NCBI GenBank assembly: GCA_017625815.1
Contig: JAGAKD010000090.1
Span: 1,693 to 65,692 of the forward strand
Reading direction: 5' to 3'
Length of the DNA stretch: 64,000 nucleotides
DNA from: Lachnospiraceae bacterium
Lineage (GTDB): Bacteria > Bacillota > Clostridia > Lachnospirales > Lachnospiraceae
The position numbers and the translations under genes were made by a program. The notes beneath the pieces are model-generated. The model saw only the letters and a program-made list of their open reading frames with translations, was not told the origin of the DNA and made no database searches. Shown in pieces: positions 7,849 through 17,962 of this stretch; the stretch's first letter is position 1; every line of letters begins with the position of its first letter.

Positions 7849-9282
7849 ATGAATAGAAGTATTCCAAAAGGTTCACATTTAGAGTTTGTTAATATTCAAC
7901 CTCTTAACCCTTTAATCTCTAAGTGTGAAATAAAAGTTTTATACACTGGTAAGAATAGAAATAGAAGTTTTATCAGTAAAGAGGTTGCTACAAAGATGGC
8001 TAATTCGCTACCAGGAACTCCTATTGTAGGACAGTATTTTTACCAAACTGGAGACTTTGGAGACCATGGAGAGGAAGAGTTAGTAATTGACGATAAAGGA
8101 TTAAGATTTATAAAAAGCACTGTTCCTTATGGATTTGTTGCCACAGACGCAAAAGTATGGTGGCAAAACTTTGTTGACAAAGATGGAGTTGAAAGAGAAT
8201 ATCTTTTAACAGAAGGCTACTTATGGACTGGCAGATATCCAGACTGTAAGAGAATAATAGAAAAAGGAAACCATCAGTCAATGGAGCTTGATAGAGACTC
8301 TCTTGTGGGAGAATGGTCTAAAATAAGCGGAGAATGGTCAAAATTTGAAAATGACGAACACGAGTATTTTATAATTAGTGATGCGGTATTCTCAGCACTA
8401 TGTATTTTAGGCGAAGATGTTGAACCATGTTTCGAGGGAGCTAACATTACCAAGAAAGGTGGAATAATGTATTCTCTTGATAGAGATGAATTCAAGGAAA
8501 AGATGTTAGATTTTATGGCAGATTTAAAAGATGCTTTAAATAATTTAGGATATGAAGGAGGAAAACAAGTGGAAAACTTAAATAATCCAACAATTGAAAC
8601 TCCAGTAGTAGAAACTCCAGAAGTAGAAACAGTAGTTGAACCTATTGTTGAAGAAGAAACAGTAGTTGAAGAAGTTGTTGAAACTCCAGAAGCTGTAGAA
8701 GGAGCTGAAGTTGCTGAAGTCGAAGAATCACCTGAAGAAGTTGAAGAAGAATTCGCTAAAAAGAAAGAAGAAGGCGAAGCCAATGAAGAAGATTCTAACT
8801 CAGAAGATAAAAAAGAGTCTAATTCTGAAGAAGAAGATGATAAAGAAAAGAAAAAGAACTATTCTTTAGAAGAAGTTGTTGAATATCAAGAACTTTTAAC
8901 AAAATATGCTGAATTAGAAGGACAATTCAACGCAATCTCTGAAGAGCTAAACTCAATTAAACCTGAGTACAACAAATTAAAGGAAAAAGCTATCGAGGCT
9001 GAAGAAAAAGCTAAGGAAGATATGATTAATTCTTTCTATATGCTTTCAGAAGAAGATAAGGCAGAAGTTAGAGCAAACAAAGCAAACTTCTCTCTTGAAG
9101 ACATCGAGGCAAAACTTTCTGTAATTTGCGTAAGAAAGAAGGTCAATTTTGACTTAGAAGAGTCTTCTAAAAATGAAGATAATACAGAGACACCTATAAC
9201 AACTTTTAATGTTGGAGATGGTCATGACGCAACACCAGCTTGGTTAAGAGCTGTAGACGCAGTGGCTAAAAATAGAAAATAA
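7849..9282 (+). CDS. prohead protease-scaffold fusion
   Basis: N-terminal protease-like domain (NRNRS, DFGDH, QSMEL, LCILG..VEPCFEGA) followed by an acidic, coiled-coil C-terminal half; lies between portal and capsid genes. Confidence 0.75.
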   Translation: MNRSIPKGSHLEFVNIQPLNPLISKCEIKVLYTGKNRNRSFISKEVATKMANSLPGTPIVGQYFYQTGDFGDHGEEELVIDDKGLRFIKSTVPYGFVATDAKVWWQNFVDKDGVEREYLLTEGYLWTGRYPDCKRIIEKGNHQSMELDRDSLVGEWSKISGEWSKFENDEHEYFIISDAVFSALCILGEDVEPCFEGANITKKGGIMYSLDRDEFKEKMLDFMADLKDALNNLGYEGGKQVENLNNPTIETPVVETPEVETVVEPIVEEETVVEEVVETPEAVEGAEVAEVEESPEEVEEEFAKKKEEGEANEEDSNSEDKKESNSEEEDDKEKKKNYSLEEVVEYQELLTKYAELEGQFNAISEELNSIKPEYNKLKEKAIEAEEKAKEDMINSFYMLSEEDKAEVRANKANFSLEDIEAKLSVICVRKKVNFDLEESSKNEDNTETPITTFNVGDGHDATPAWLRAVDAVAKNRK

Positions 9283-9309
9283 CTTTTATTCATTAAGGAG
9301 GAAATATAA

Positions 9310-9810
9310 ATGGCTTTATTAGTTAAAGAAGGTTTTGGACAATTAGAACCAAACCACTTATCTGCTCAAAGAAACGGGCAAATATATGCTCAATTACCAT
9401 GTGAATCTTCAATCGAAGTTTTACAAAATGCTCAATTCGTAAAATATGATTACGCTAAAGGTGAAGTTGCCTTCACAGGTGCGGGAGAGTGGATGTTAGT
9501 TTACAACGAAGTTAAACTTTATGACCCAAGACACTCTTACAAAGATTTTGCTTTACAAAAGAAAAACTGTGTTGGTGGAGTAATGGTTCCAAGAGTTATG
9601 AAAACTATGGTTGGAGATATATTCACAACTAACTTAGTTGATTCAAAAGACAAGAGTGGAGCTCTAGCTGCTGGAGACAAATTAGTAGTAGGAACTACTG
9701 GTATATTAGAATATTCTGCTGCTCCTGGTGAAGGAATGGTTTGGCAAGTTGCTAAAGTTTACACAATGGCTGATGGACAACCAGCAGTTAAAATCCAAAG
9801 AATAGCTTAA
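9310..9810 (+). CDS. capsid decoration/stabilising protein (putative)
   Basis: 166-aa beta-rich protein just upstream of the major capsid gene; codon bias typical of highly expressed genes. Confidence 0.6.
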   Translation: MALLVKEGFGQLEPNHLSAQRNGQIYAQLPCESSIEVLQNAQFVKYDYAKGEVAFTGAGEWMLVYNEVKLYDPRHSYKDFALQKKNCVGGVMVPRVMKTMVGDIFTTNLVDSKDKSGALAAGDKLVVGTTGILEYSAAPGEGMVWQVAKVYTMADGQPAVKIQRIA

Positions 9811-9829
9811 TAGAGGAGGAGAAATAGAA

Positions 9830-10843
9830 ATGGCTTTAAACAGAAACGAATTAAAAGAATTAATGTTAGCAGTTGCTAAGGCTGACAAAAACGCTCCTGC
9901 TGCTTACAGCTTTGGAGACAAAAACTACTCTTACGAAGATTTAAATGAAACTTTAAGAGTTGAATTAAAAGAAATAGCTGGAACTTACAGCTTATACAGA
10001 GAAAATAAGAACACTGTCTTCGCTTTAATCGAAGAAACTATAGATGAAATACTACCAAAAAAGGTTATAGACCAATATGGAATGTTCGCAGAAGTTAGAA
10101 CTTTCGCTCAAGGGGACAAACCAGTCTTCACTAAAAAAGAAGGAAGAAGAAGAGCTAAGCAATTCATTACTAAAGTAGGATTAGCTGGTATCTACGAAGT
10201 ATTCAAACTAGACAAGTCTAGCTTCGAAGTTCCAACATCTGCGTTCGGTGGGGCTGCTCAAATCGGATTTGAAGAATTCTTAGATGGTAGAGTTGACTTT
10301 GCTGAAGTAATTGATATCATAATGGAAGGTTTAGATGAAGCAATTTACGCTGAAATCGCTAAAGCTTTAATAGGTGGTATAAATCAATTACCAGCAGCGA
10401 ACAAAATTACTCACACTGGATTTAATGAAGCTCAAATGGATAAGTTAATAGCAATATCAAGAGCATACGGTGAACCAACAATCTACTGTACTTATGAATT
10501 AGCTGCTAAAATATTACCAGCTGATGCTTGGGTATCTTCTGAAATGAAGAACGAAAGAAACGCTCTAGGATACATCTCAATGTACAAAGGTAATAGAATA
10601 ATCGTATTACCTCAATCATTTACAGATGAAACTAACTCTGTAAAAGTAATTGACCCATCTTATGCTTGGATAATTCCATCAGGTGGAAACGACAAGCCAG
10701 TTAAGGTAGCTTTCGAAGGTCAAACAATCGTAGATGAATACACTAACTACGACAGAAGTAGAGAAATCCAAGTTTACAAAAAGTTAGGTGTAGTTGCTTT
10801 AATGACTAACAACATCTGCGTATACGAAGATTCATCACTTTAA
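9830..10843 (+). CDS. major capsid protein
   Basis: 337 aa; position after protease/scaffold; strong RBS GAGGAGG; biased codons (TTC, AAC, ATC); followed by a terminator. Confidence 0.8.
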   Translation: MALNRNELKELMLAVAKADKNAPAAYSFGDKNYSYEDLNETLRVELKEIAGTYSLYRENKNTVFALIEETIDEILPKKVIDQYGMFAEVRTFAQGDKPVFTKKEGRRRAKQFITKVGLAGIYEVFKLDKSSFEVPTSAFGGAAQIGFEEFLDGRVDFAEVIDIIMEGLDEAIYAEIAKALIGGINQLPAANKITHTGFNEAQMDKLIAISRAYGEPTIYCTYELAAKILPADAWVSSEMKNERNALGYISMYKGNRIIVLPQSFTDETNSVKVIDPSYAWIIPSGGNDKPVKVAFEGQTIVDEYTNYDRSREIQVYKKLGVVALMTNNICVYEDSSL

Positions 10844-10857
10844 GATTAATTTAATAG

Positions 10858-10884
10858 GGGAGGCTTTAAAGGTCTCCCATTTTA
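10858..10884 (+). terminator. Rho-independent terminator after the capsid gene
   Basis: GGGAGGCTTT/AAAGGTCTCCC stem plus T-run. Confidence 0.65.
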
Positions 10885-10916
10885 TTACTATATAGGAGAA
10901 AAAGGAGAGAAATTCA

Positions 10917-11507
10917 ATGGAAATATTAAATAGAGTTGTTAACGTTAAAAATAGAGGTGTTGGAGAAGTAGGATATACTTTACCAGATACAGGTGTTAGA
11001 AGAACTTGGACACCAGGTGAGATTAAAAAGAGCATTGCTGTTGCGGAATTAGAGCAAGTTACTTATGTCCCAGGTGGATTAAAACTAATGCAAAAGTATT
11101 TAGTAATAAATGACCAAGAGGTGTGCGAATACTTAGGGTTAGAAACTGAGCCAGAATACTTCTATGGAGAAGAAGAAGTTAGAACTTTATTAAGTCATGG
11201 AACTTTAGACCAATTATTAGATTGTTTAGATTTTGCTCCTACTGGAGTAATTGATTTAATAAAAAAAATAGCAGTTGAAACAAAGCTAAATGATGTAAGA
11301 AAAAGAGAAGCTATTAAAGAAAAAATAGGATTTGACGTTTCAGCAGCAATACTAAACGTTGAATATGCTAATTCTCAAGAAACAGAAGGTACTGCTACTA
11401 CTAGAACAAGAAGAGCAAAGCCAGTTGGGGATAGCGATACAAAAGAGGAAGCAACTGGAAGAAGAAGTAAGCCAGTTGAAACTCCAAAATACACAAGAGC
11501 TAAATAG
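10917..11507 (+). CDS. hypothetical protein (head-associated by position)
   Basis: RBS AAGGAG; 196 aa with a basic, disordered C-terminus. Confidence 0.6.
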   Translation: MEILNRVVNVKNRGVGEVGYTLPDTGVRRTWTPGEIKKSIAVAELEQVTYVPGGLKLMQKYLVINDQEVCEYLGLETEPEYFYGEEEVRTLLSHGTLDQLLDCLDFAPTGVIDLIKKIAVETKLNDVRKREAIKEKIGFDVSAAILNVEYANSQETEGTATTRTRRAKPVGDSDTKEEATGRRSKPVETPKYTRAK

Positions 11508-11526
11508 TAGGCAAGGAGGAGTAGTT

Positions 11527-12045
11527 ATGGATTTAAGTAAAACTACTCCATTTCGCGTTATATACGATAGATTTTTATCTAAGATAACTGATGATTTATA
11601 CTTAGAACTAACAGAACAAGACACTTATAATGATTTACAGACAATCCTTATAAACTCTATATCTGGATTTGAGTTCCCAAGATTCCCAATATTTAATTAT
11701 CAGATTGTTGAGTATTTAAACGCAGATGGAGATGAGGCTATAGGATACTTTGAAAGTGTTCTTACTTTAGAAGAAATAGATATTATATCTGATTTAATGA
11801 TGATAGAATGGCTAAGAAGACAAATTGCGTCAGTTGAAAACACTAGAATGAAATATAGTGGCTCAGACTTTAAGTTTACTTCTCAAGCTAATCACTTAGA
11901 CAAGCTATTAAAAACTAAATTAAACTTTGAACAAACAAATAAACACAAACAAAGACTTTACAAGAGAAGAAAAATCAACTCTTCCACTGGCATGATAGAG
12001 TCTAACTGGAGTGGTCTAGCTGGAGGTGCGATAAGTGGAAACTAA
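11527..12045 (+). CDS. head-tail adaptor/connector (putative)
   Basis: Start moved to ATG 11527 after AAGGAGG; helical; position matches the neck module. Confidence 0.55.
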   Translation: MDLSKTTPFRVIYDRFLSKITDDLYLELTEQDTYNDLQTILINSISGFEFPRFPIFNYQIVEYLNADGDEAIGYFESVLTLEEIDIISDLMMIEWLRRQIASVENTRMKYSGSDFKFTSQANHLDKLLKTKLNFEQTNKHKQRLYKRRKINSSTGMIESNWSGLAGGAISGN

Positions 12046-12325
12046 ATATGGTATGAGAGTTGATAAAGTAGATTTTGAACTTTATTTAATAACTTTAAAA
12101 AATAAGATTTATAAATTACTACCATTAAAAGAAGAGCATTTAGACTGGAGTAAATATTTAAATACTGTCATAGTTGAAGTATCTGGACTTAATGAGCTTT
12201 TTAACAATCAACCGCAACTTATTTCCCTTTTAGCAAAACTAGAGGGTTTATATAGATTAGAAGATTTTATGTTATATAGAAGAACTATATTTGAATGTCT
12301 TAATATAGTAGAAGATTTAAGGTAG
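12035..12325 (+). CDS. hypothetical protein
   Basis: GTG start with GGAGGTG RBS; coupled to neighbouring genes. Confidence 0.6.
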   Translation: METKYGMRVDKVDFELYLITLKNKIYKLLPLKEEHLDWSKYLNTVIVEVSGLNELFNNQPQLISLLAKLEGLYRLEDFMLYRRTIFECLNIVEDLR

Positions 12326-12333
12326 GTGTTTAT

Positions 12334-13560
12334 ATGGCTATAAATACTTATGAATTATTAAAGAAAAGATTACAAGCAAATGGTGGAAATCAAGAAGGTA
12401 GAATGCGACAGGGAAAGTTAAAGACGTTGCTTAAGGCTTTACAATATTCAGAACAAGCAGAAACCGTTATTAAAGATGGAGAGACTCACCGAGTAATATT
12501 AAACAAAAACAAACAAAAGATGGACTATGATGATAAAAACATTTCAGTTCCTTTTGAAGCTGGGTTTAAAGTTGGAGATATATTCCATTGGGTAGAAGAT
12601 AATTCGGATTGGATAATATATTTAAAAGAAGGTCAAGACGCTTACTTTACTGGGGTTTGTAGAAAGGCTATTTATGATGTGAGATGGAAGGACGAATATA
12701 ATGTCTACCATACTTGTAAAGCCGCAGTTAGAGGACCTGTTGAAACAAAAATTGTTGGAGAATTCAAATCTGGCATTGCTTTTGACAAACCTAATTATAC
12801 TTTATATTGTTTACTACCAAGAAACGAAGAAACTATTAAGTTAAAGAGATACTCAAGAGTATCAATAGAAGGGAGAGTTTGGGAAGTAGCAGTAGTGGAT
12901 TCTGTATCAGAGCCTGGAATAATTGAAGTACAGCTATTAGAGGACTTCAAAAATGCGATAGAAGATGAAGACTTAGTTAAACCTAGTGAAGGAAAATGTG
13001 AATTCATTCCATCAGAGAGTGTTAAGATTAGCTCTCCTCTTGATGATATAGATGAAATACAAATCTACGAACCATTCCATCTTTGGATGAATGTTGAGAA
13101 AGATGGTAAGACAGATAAGGAAATATCTGAAAGCGCTGAATTCACAGTAAAAGGAAAGGCTTCTCTAGTAGATAATCTGTTAACCCCTCTAGAAGTTGGA
13201 CCTTTAGAAATAAGTGTTAAGATACCAAAACTTTGCTATGAAAAGACTTATAGTATAAACGTTACTGATGTAGACATTCCATCTGTTGCTGAATATGAAA
13301 TATTCGGTGATGACAAGGTTAAGTCTTTTGGAAGTAATGAATATGTAATTAAATACTTTATTGATGGAATAGAAGCTGAACCAGAACAAGGTACTTGGGA
13401 ATTTGTAAATAATAAGAAACTATTTACCATTAGTAAAAATGATAGTAATTCAATTATTTTCAATTGGAATATTGGAAGTGTAGGTAATGTAAAATTACAA
13501 TATGTAGTTAACAACAATGTAGTTGCTACCAAGGAAATTAAAGTTGAGTCTTTAATTTAA
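12334..13560 (+). CDS. head closure/neck protein with C-terminal Ig-like domains (putative)
   Basis: Beta-rich; position in the neck module. Confidence 0.5.
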   Translation: MAINTYELLKKRLQANGGNQEGRMRQGKLKTLLKALQYSEQAETVIKDGETHRVILNKNKQKMDYDDKNISVPFEAGFKVGDIFHWVEDNSDWIIYLKEGQDAYFTGVCRKAIYDVRWKDEYNVYHTCKAAVRGPVETKIVGEFKSGIAFDKPNYTLYCLLPRNEETIKLKRYSRVSIEGRVWEVAVVDSVSEPGIIEVQLLEDFKNAIEDEDLVKPSEGKCEFIPSESVKISSPLDDIDEIQIYEPFHLWMNVEKDGKTDKEISESAEFTVKGKASLVDNLLTPLEVGPLEISVKIPKLCYEKTYSINVTDVDIPSVAEYEIFGDDKVKSFGSNEYVIKYFIDGIEAEPEQGTWEFVNNKKLFTISKNDSNSIIFNWNIGSVGNVKLQYVVNNNVVATKEIKVESLI

Positions 13561-13588
13561 TATATTAGAGTAAAAGGAGTGTAGTAGA

Positions 13589-14098
13589 ATGAAAATGGAT
13601 TTAGTTCAAACACAAGAAACAACATTTTTAACTGCTCAGAAAGATTTATTTAAAATAGTTCAAAAGTTTATAAACAATGAGAAACTAAAGAAGCTATTAT
13701 TTTACCCAGTTAAAGATGCTTTAGACAGGAAGGACTTAACAGGCGAAGAAACTCTAGGACTTCTTCATAAAAATATTAGAGTTATTCCGAAACTTCAAGT
13801 TAATGAAGACGTACAATCTTACATTATAATTGGGTTTGATGGATTTACAACTAATGCCAAGAATCCAGAGTATAGAGATAATATTATCACTTTTGATGTA
13901 ATATGTCATTTTGACTCTTGGGTTATGGAAAACTATCAACTTAGACCATACTTAATTATGGGAGAAATAGATGGTATGCTTAATAAGAGTAAGCTAAATG
14001 GAATCGGTACAGTTGAATTTATCAGCGCCAATCAATTGCTTTTGTCTAGTGATTTAGCTGGGTTCTCATTAACCTATAGAGTGATTAATGATGTATAG
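13589..14098 (+). CDS. tail terminator/completion protein (putative)
   Basis: 169 aa; ITFDVICH...RPYLIMGEID pattern; lies upstream of the tail tube gene. Confidence 0.5.
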   Translation: MKMDLVQTQETTFLTAQKDLFKIVQKFINNEKLKKLLFYPVKDALDRKDLTGEETLGLLHKNIRVIPKLQVNEDVQSYIIIGFDGFTTNAKNPEYRDNIITFDVICHFDSWVMENYQLRPYLIMGEIDGMLNKSKLNGIGTVEFISANQLLLSSDLAGFSLTYRVINDV

Positions 14099-14852
14099 CA
14101 TAGATAGTTTAACTCTTATTTCTGGAATAGATGTACCCATTCCAGAAATAGGGGTCAATATACACCAACCGACCATTAGAGAAATCGCATATATAGGTGA
14201 GAAAAGCTTTTATGAAGCCGCTCAAACCATTATAATCCAAAAGAAAGACTTTATAAATGGATTAGAAAATATTACACAAGAGGACAAAATTGCGCTATCG
14301 CAAATGTCTAACTTTGAAATATTTCTGAAACTGGTCGAAGCAAATCCTTTGTCCAGTACTAAAGTTCAGATGCTACTGTCTTTGCTTTTTCCAGATTTTA
14401 ACTCTAGTATAGAGGAAAGGTTTATTTATTTAGTAAACCCAAAAGAACAAAAGAGCATACTAATTAATGACAGTACTTTTGAAATACTACAAGAGGTAAT
14501 TACAACTATTCTCTGCCTACAATCTGGCAACACAAAAGAAGAATTTAACCCACAAGGAGATAGGGCTAGAGAAATAGCTGAAAAAATAAAAAGAGGAAGA
14601 GAAAGAGCTGCTCGCTTAAAAGGTGAAAAGAAACAGCAGAGCAACTTCCTCTCTAAATATATCTCAGGTTTAGGGATTGGAACAAATACCCTAAATATTC
14701 ATAATGTTTTAGATTTAACCCTCTATCAACTACTTAATCAGCTTGAGCGATACGGCTTATATACCCAGTACAATATTTCAATACAAGCTAAGATGGCCGG
14801 AGCCAAAGATGTAGAGGACGTTGATTGGTTAAAAGATATAGAAAATAAATAG
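14088..14852 (+). CDS. hypothetical tail-assembly protein
   Basis: QPTIREI and LTLYQL...AGAKDVEDVDW motifs resemble tail-assembly chaperones. Confidence 0.45.
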   Translation: MMYSIDSLTLISGIDVPIPEIGVNIHQPTIREIAYIGEKSFYEAAQTIIIQKKDFINGLENITQEDKIALSQMSNFEIFLKLVEANPLSSTKVQMLLSLLFPDFNSSIEERFIYLVNPKEQKSILINDSTFEILQEVITTILCLQSGNTKEEFNPQGDRAREIAEKIKRGRERAARLKGEKKQQSNFLSKYISGLGIGTNTLNIHNVLDLTLYQLLNQLERYGLYTQYNISIQAKMAGAKDVEDVDWLKDIENK

Positions 14853-14866
14853 GAGGTAGAACATAA

Positions 14867-15730
14867 ATGAAGTTCGGTGTAAGAGAGATATGTGACGTAG
14901 TTTTAAGAGCTAAGTCAACACAAAAAATAGGAAACCAAACATTTAAAAAAGATGAGCCAGTTATTTACTTTGATACAGCTAAAACTTCTACTATAGAAGG
15001 AGCTGCTACAACTGTATATGCTCAAGGTGGTAAAGGAAACTCTAGATTAATCGCTTGGGAAGGTGAAAGAACAGTTACTTTCACAATGGAAGATGCTTTA
15101 ATCAGTCCATTAGGATTCTCAATATTATCTGGTGCTGGAATTGTTGAAGCTACAGGTGGTCAAAAGATTAATATCCACATGACTTCTAGAGTAGAAGGAA
15201 CTATAACAAGCAACAGCGTTACAGTAGATTTATCTGATGCTATTCCATCAAACGGAACGTTATTAGCAGAAAAAGAAAATGTTTACGGATTTATCTTAGA
15301 TAACAGTGGAAACATTTCTGAAAGATTAACATGTGATTCTGCATCTGGAAGTTCTGTAACATTCAATGATATTTCTATAGATAATGGAAAAGCTATAATC
15401 TTAGTTGACTACTACGTAGCAATGAGCAGCGGAGTACAACAATTAGAAGTAACTCCAGATAAGTTCGCTGGAAGCTACTACTTAGAAGCTTCAACTTTAT
15501 TCAGAAGACAAGAAGATGGGGTTGACATGCCTGCTCAATTCATTATTCCAAATGTTAAGATTCAGTCAGCGTTTAACTTCTCAATGGCTTCTACTGGAGA
15601 CCCATCTACATTTACATTCACAATGGATGCGTTCCCAGACTATACTAAGTTTGATAAAACTAAGAAAGTTTTATTCGCTTTACAAATCGTTGAAGACTTC
15701 CAAGGTCAAGAACTTTATAGCTTAGAATAA
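14867..15730 (+). CDS. major tail tube protein
   Basis: AQGGKGNSRLIAW...VTFTMEDAL and GDPSTFTFTMD motifs; highly expressed codon bias; followed by a terminator. Confidence 0.75.
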   Translation: MKFGVREICDVVLRAKSTQKIGNQTFKKDEPVIYFDTAKTSTIEGAATTVYAQGGKGNSRLIAWEGERTVTFTMEDALISPLGFSILSGAGIVEATGGQKINIHMTSRVEGTITSNSVTVDLSDAIPSNGTLLAEKENVYGFILDNSGNISERLTCDSASGSSVTFNDISIDNGKAIILVDYYVAMSSGVQQLEVTPDKFAGSYYLEASTLFRRQEDGVDMPAQFIIPNVKIQSAFNFSMASTGDPSTFTFTMDAFPDYTKFDKTKKVLFALQIVEDFQGQELYSLE

Positions 15731-15737
15731 GAAATTA

Positions 15738-15769
15738 GGGTAGACATGAAAGTGTCTACCCCTTTTTTT
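15738..15769 (+). terminator. Rho-independent terminator
   Basis: GGGTAGACAT-GAAA-GTGTCTACCC plus T7. Confidence 0.85.
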
Positions 15770-15802
15770 ATACCTATTTTTAGAGAATAAGGAGGGATTT
15801 TT

Positions 15803-17269
15803 ATGCCTGTACCAATTGGCCCTGGTGGCTTTCCAATTACCAATGAGGGATTGCCGTATATACACTTACACCAAGCCAACTATTTAAAACAACTAAAAGG
15901 AATGCCAGATAAATTTATAACTGATGATGATATAGTAAAAATGTACCAAAAACAAAAGAAAGCAATAGCCTCAAGGTTAAAGAGTACACTTAAATTAAAG
16001 TCTGTTGAAGAAGGAAGGAATATACTAAAAGAAGCAATAGCACTCTATAATGCTGGATATGACCACAAAAATGGAATGGAGGAAAGTTTAAAGGAAGGTG
16101 CTATGAGGGCCGTAGATAGAATTAGGACAGCAAATCCAAATTTCAAATATAAATATGGACTATCTAGCACTTTTAAATATTTGTATGAAGATGTAAAAGG
16201 AGTTCAATCCGCAATAGATGAATTAAATGAAATAGTAAAGACACTAGAGAGTCTTGATGCCAATTTAGTTCATTATTATAGTCAAGACCCTAAATCACCA
16301 TTCTCTTCTTTTGGAGGAAGTGGCTTAAAACTTCTAAGTGTTGATGCCAAATCTCAAACATCTTTCCTAAACCTTAAAAAACAAATTGAGAAGTTAGAGG
16401 CAGTAGCAGCTACTGGAGGGAACGGAGGAAAATTAGACCCTGTTGTTACAGTAAAAATGCCTGATGGTAGCACAGAACAAGTTAAGACCAAAGGAGTTCT
16501 TTGGGGAATGAGTCAAAGATTAATAAATATTCAAGGTACTATATTAGAGGCTGTTGGTCTTGCCAATTTAGAAAGTGCTGAGAAAGAGATAACAGAATAT
16601 GTGAAAAGTACTTTGGGGAATGATGTAGAGGTTTCTATAGAAGCTGATGCCTCTGGAAGCACATATGATGAGTTATTAGGAAGAATGGTTACTAATACCT
16701 CTGACTTTGCTATAAAAATTACCAAAAATGGAGTTACAACGAATCTTGGTTTATCAGCAAAATCTCAATATAAAACGGGACCAAAGAAAACAAAATCTAC
16801 CACATTTAAAACAACAACAGTAAACGCTCTTCTTAGAAGGGGAGACCTTTTAAACACTGCTGGTGAATATAGATTCTTAAATGATATTGCCTTTGGAAGA
16901 TGGAAACAACTAGGAACAAGCAATATAAGAAGATATATGGCAGCTGCTGGTGCCTATGATGCTATTGGAGGTACTGCTGGTGGAGATGAAACCTACCTAC
17001 TGGTTTACTTAGATAAAATTATGACTGTTGAAGAATTTTTTGATGATATGATAACCTCAAAGAACTTCTTGGATATAGATATTAAAAATGATGATAAGAT
17101 ATTAGGTAAAAATAATATAATTTCTTTCGGTAGAAAATCTATCAAAAGATTGGGGTCTGATGATGGAGGAATATCTAATCCAAATATAGAGTTGGCTTAT
17201 ATGAGAAGTAAGGCTTTACAATTATTAATTCACGAAATGGAGGCTCAGGTACAAATAAGCTACAAATAA
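15803..17269 (+). CDS. hypothetical protein, possible PD-(D/E)xK-like fold in the C-terminal half
   Basis: 488 aa; RBS AAGGAGG; GTILE...TSD..I...LSAK pattern. Confidence 0.6.
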   Translation: MPVPIGPGGFPITNEGLPYIHLHQANYLKQLKGMPDKFITDDDIVKMYQKQKKAIASRLKSTLKLKSVEEGRNILKEAIALYNAGYDHKNGMEESLKEGAMRAVDRIRTANPNFKYKYGLSSTFKYLYEDVKGVQSAIDELNEIVKTLESLDANLVHYYSQDPKSPFSSFGGSGLKLLSVDAKSQTSFLNLKKQIEKLEAVAATGGNGGKLDPVVTVKMPDGSTEQVKTKGVLWGMSQRLINIQGTILEAVGLANLESAEKEITEYVKSTLGNDVEVSIEADASGSTYDELLGRMVTNTSDFAIKITKNGVTTNLGLSAKSQYKTGPKKTKSTTFKTTTVNALLRRGDLLNTAGEYRFLNDIAFGRWKQLGTSNIRRYMAAAGAYDAIGGTAGGDETYLLVYLDKIMTVEEFFDDMITSKNFLDIDIKNDDKILGKNNIISFGRKSIKRLGSDDGGISNPNIELAYMRSKALQLLIHEMEAQVQISYK

Positions 17270-17282
17270 TCTCTAGAAACTC

Positions 17283-17311
17283 TTGACAAGTCTAAAAATA
17301 TGTGGTATAAT
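17283..17311 (+). promoter_or_regulatory. sigmaA-type promoter
   Basis: TTGACA-17-TATAAT with TG extension. Confidence 0.85.
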
Positions 17312-17350
17312 ATATATATAGAAACGAGTTAAAAAGGAGAGTTTTATATT

Positions 17351-17881
17351 ATGGCTAAAATATCTTTATCTAAATTAAATTTAGAAAAAAATACTGAAAT
17401 TAATAAGATTACTATAAATGGTAATGAAATAGAAGTTTTATCTTATCTACCTTTATCAGAAAAAATTAGTATGATAAATATAGTTGTTCAAGAAAGCATA
17501 GAAGGAAGAATTGTTAATCCTATGTTAGTAGATAGTTTATTCCACACGTATCTTGTAATGGCATATACTAATATTTCATTTACTACTGCTCAAAAAGAAA
17601 AGATGTTAGAAACTTATGATTTAATGGAAAAAAATGGTTTAATATCAGAAGTTGTAAAAGCTATACCTCCAAATGAATATAATGACTTAGTAGTAAGTCT
17701 TGAAGAGTATGTAAAAGCAACTGAAGTAGAATTAAATTCTATAGCAAATGTAATTAAATTATCATTAGATGCTATGGTAGAAACTTTTGGTAGAGCTTCA
17801 TCAGAATTAGAATCTCTTAATTTAGATAGTGAAAAACTAAAAACTGTTCTTGCTATAGCCAAGGATAATGGAGCCATATAA
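17351..17881 (+). CDS. hypothetical protein, candidate tail assembly chaperone
   Basis: 176 aa directly upstream of the tape measure gene; ITINGNEIEV..YLP start. Confidence 0.5.
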   Translation: MAKISLSKLNLEKNTEINKITINGNEIEVLSYLPLSEKISMINIVVQESIEGRIVNPMLVDSLFHTYLVMAYTNISFTTAQKEKMLETYDLMEKNGLISEVVKAIPPNEYNDLVVSLEEYVKATEVELNSIANVIKLSLDAMVETFGRASSELESLNLDSEKLKTVLAIAKDNGAI

Positions 17882-17904
17882 GGGCAATATAGGTTAAAAT
17901 AATC

Positions 17905-17947
17905 AAGGTCTATTGTAAATTAATACAGTAGACCTTATTTTTTTTTT
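17905..17947 (+). terminator. terminator-like hairpin before the tape measure gene
   Basis: AAGGTCTATTGTA/TACAGTAGACCTT plus a long T-run. Confidence 0.7.
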
Positions 17948-17962
17948 AAAGGAGGAAAAGGA

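Noticed and set aside
8308-8343. Tandem duplication GEWSKIS-GEWSK in the protease
   Set aside because: Real, but only a 21-bp loop duplication with no evident function.
8274-8783. Ser/Thr-rich minus-strand ORF and the many other short antisense ORFs in the structural arm
   Set aside because: Shadows of Glu/Ala-rich plus-strand genes, lacking RBSs and recognisable motifs.
15516-15725. Alternative-frame ORF at the end of the tail tube gene (possible frameshift extension)
   Set aside because: It ends before the main stop codon, adds no domain, and no slippery site is evident.
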